Source: Lophium mytilinum (taxonomy: Eukaryota). From it: a DNA stretch of 64,000 nt. The notes under the pieces are model-generated. The model was given only the letters and a program-made list of their open reading frames with translations. It was not told the origin of the DNA and made no database searches. Below are positions 62,312 to 64,000 of this stretch, in pieces (the stretch's first letter is position 1; each line of letters opens with the position of its first letter). Both the position numbers and the translations under genes were made by a program. The stretch covers positions 434,001 to 498,000 of the forward strand of contig MU004200.1 in NCBI GenBank assembly GCA_010093605.1. Reading direction: 5' to 3'.

Positions 62312-62747
62312 TTACAGCTTGCTCGCGAGGCCAACCACGGGGCTCAACCACTTCAGCGCCGGCGGTTTGGCCAGTAGACCTTCCGCCTGCAGAGACTTCC
62401 CGAACCCTTTGAAGTGGGGCGTGGCCATGTGCGTCTTTACCACCGACTGGCTCGCATATCTACCCAGCCGTCAGCAAAGCCCATCCAGGCACCGTGGCGG
62501 CAAAGGGCTGCCTTTAAGCTGTGCAACTTACTTCTCAACAAATACGACTTCTCCAGCCTCCTCGGTCCAGAACAGGTCGTACTGCAGAATTCCGTCCTCG
62601 CCCTGGACCTCTTTGACTAACTGCTTGAGCAGCTCCACCACCTAGAAACCGTCAGTCACAAGTCCAGCCCTAGCACGAGGAACTCACGCGGTCTTTCTTT
62701 CCCGGTGCCGGGGTGAGGATTGCCACAACATTAACCTGTTCCGACAT
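62312..62747 (-). CDS. Antibiotic biosynthesis monooxygenase (ABM)/dimeric alpha-beta barrel protein
   Basis: Three exons, not captured as such by the ORF track, give MSEQVNVVAILTPAPGKKDR|VVELLKQLVKEVQGEDGILQYDLFW..VVFVEK|YASQSVVKTHMATPHFK...ASKL*. Introns are canonical, and the SKL ending is PTS1-like. Confidence 0.82.
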
Positions 62748-64000
62748 GATCGATTTCGTTGGCTGACTTGTAGATTTGGGGTCCGGATGGGTTCTGCAGT
62801 TACTAGCTTGACAAAGTTGTAGACAGGTCACTCCTCTCAACAGTAGCAGCTTGCTAGATTTTTACAGTTCGGAAAGGTGAGATTTCAATGGTTCTTCGAC
62901 TCTGCTTCAATTTAGGTATTACTTATATGTCGATATCGTGGCCTCTAGCGTCACTATATCTATTAGAAATCACGCTTCCCCTCATTCTGTACCTCGGCAC
63001 CTGGAGCCTTGCAAGAAAATACTCATTGCGGGACCGACAAACATCTTCCTTTTTTGGAAGAACAAGTAGAGATCAATTGAGTCCATCCTGGACGGGCCGC
63101 ACAGAGCGTGAAAACGTTGGCATTACTATTTGGGTTAAGCCGTAGTGGTTATGTACGCGCGAATGCCACTGCTCAGGGTGCTTCAATACCTTCTCGAAAA
63201 TCCGAACAAGATATAAGCTCTTCATGATGGGCTATATGGAAATTCGTTGGAGCATTCCCAGCAGTGACAGATAGGTGGGATTGGTTTATTTCTTGTGCTT
63301 GGTTTACGATGAAAGCATGCTGATACGTGCTGCGCTCTAGCCGAGAGGGATATATTTGAAGTAGGTATGATCCTCTTTTGAGACGTGACGCACGAAACAA
63401 GCCATCGTGGAAGCGCCGAGTATCAAAATTTAGCTCTTAGACACTGGAGCTGGTGGTAGTTGCACATAGTAGAAGCTTGACATTCAAGATGGCATTCGAA
63501 CTTTGAGTCTAACGAGAAGCACCCGACGATTACCTTCTACTCGCGGAGGCTCTATCGGCGCAATGGCTAAATGCTATGAAGTTATGTCAACGATGATTGA
63601 AGGATTGATCTGGAGAGTCCTACTTTTGTAAGTACTTCTCATTCGTGGAAGATTTCTATAAGCGCGACATCATACAAACAGTTCCGCAAAAATCCCACGA
63701 CCATACCATTGCAGCATGCAATCACCGCTTAGGAGTCCTCGTTAATGCTGACAGGGGCATCCAGGAATCCACTCCCATGCTCAAACGCCGGTTTCGCTTC
63801 TCACGTGATGTTCGCTTGGCCCCTTTGGGCGAAATCCAAGACGTTCCGTGCACCACCAGAGCCGCAACATCCATGCTGGGTCAATGCCTGCGTAGAGCCG
63901 AACCTTGGCTGAGGTAGACGCCTTCGAATGTAGAAGATGAATATGACGCGAAACACGGCCAGGAGACGTGATCTTGACCGACGTGGCTCTTCGGTCGAAC

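Noticed and set aside
62888..64000. Short ORFs at the window end
   Set aside because: No coherent gene model or motif. They may belong to something extending beyond the window.

Overview
Eukaryotic DNA from a filamentous ascomycete fungus, with short GT-AG introns carrying CTRAY branch sites. The protein style suggests Eurotiomycetes, but that is not certain. The window has three kinds of sequence. (1) Conserved genes: an M20 carboxypeptidase, an MFS transporter, a pectin methylesterase, Tea1/Kel1 kelch protein, Raptor/KOG1, casein kinase I, ATP18, SPC19, an enoyl-CoA hydratase, a bZIP-DUF3425 factor, RSM22, a heme-thiolate peroxidase, a PTH11-like membrane protein, BST1 and an ABM-domain protein. 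(2) A repeat mosaic at about 7.3-14.2 kb. It contains minisatellites, a foldback element, two ~140-bp solo LTRs in opposite orientation, and several decayed copies of an unrecognised ~80-codon ORF family ('MIAQQF'). One module of this mosaic also occurs at the window start. (3) A gene-poor island at about 46-57.7 kb. It holds an intron-containing stand-alone retropepsin-like aspartic protease (DSG intact), a DUF6594-type membrane protein, and a second retropepsin-like protein whose catalytic motif has degenerated (DSG to NSA). This protease / membrane protein / pseudoprotease trio is the best candidate for an undescribed system. All family calls come from recognising motifs by eye; no database searches were run.
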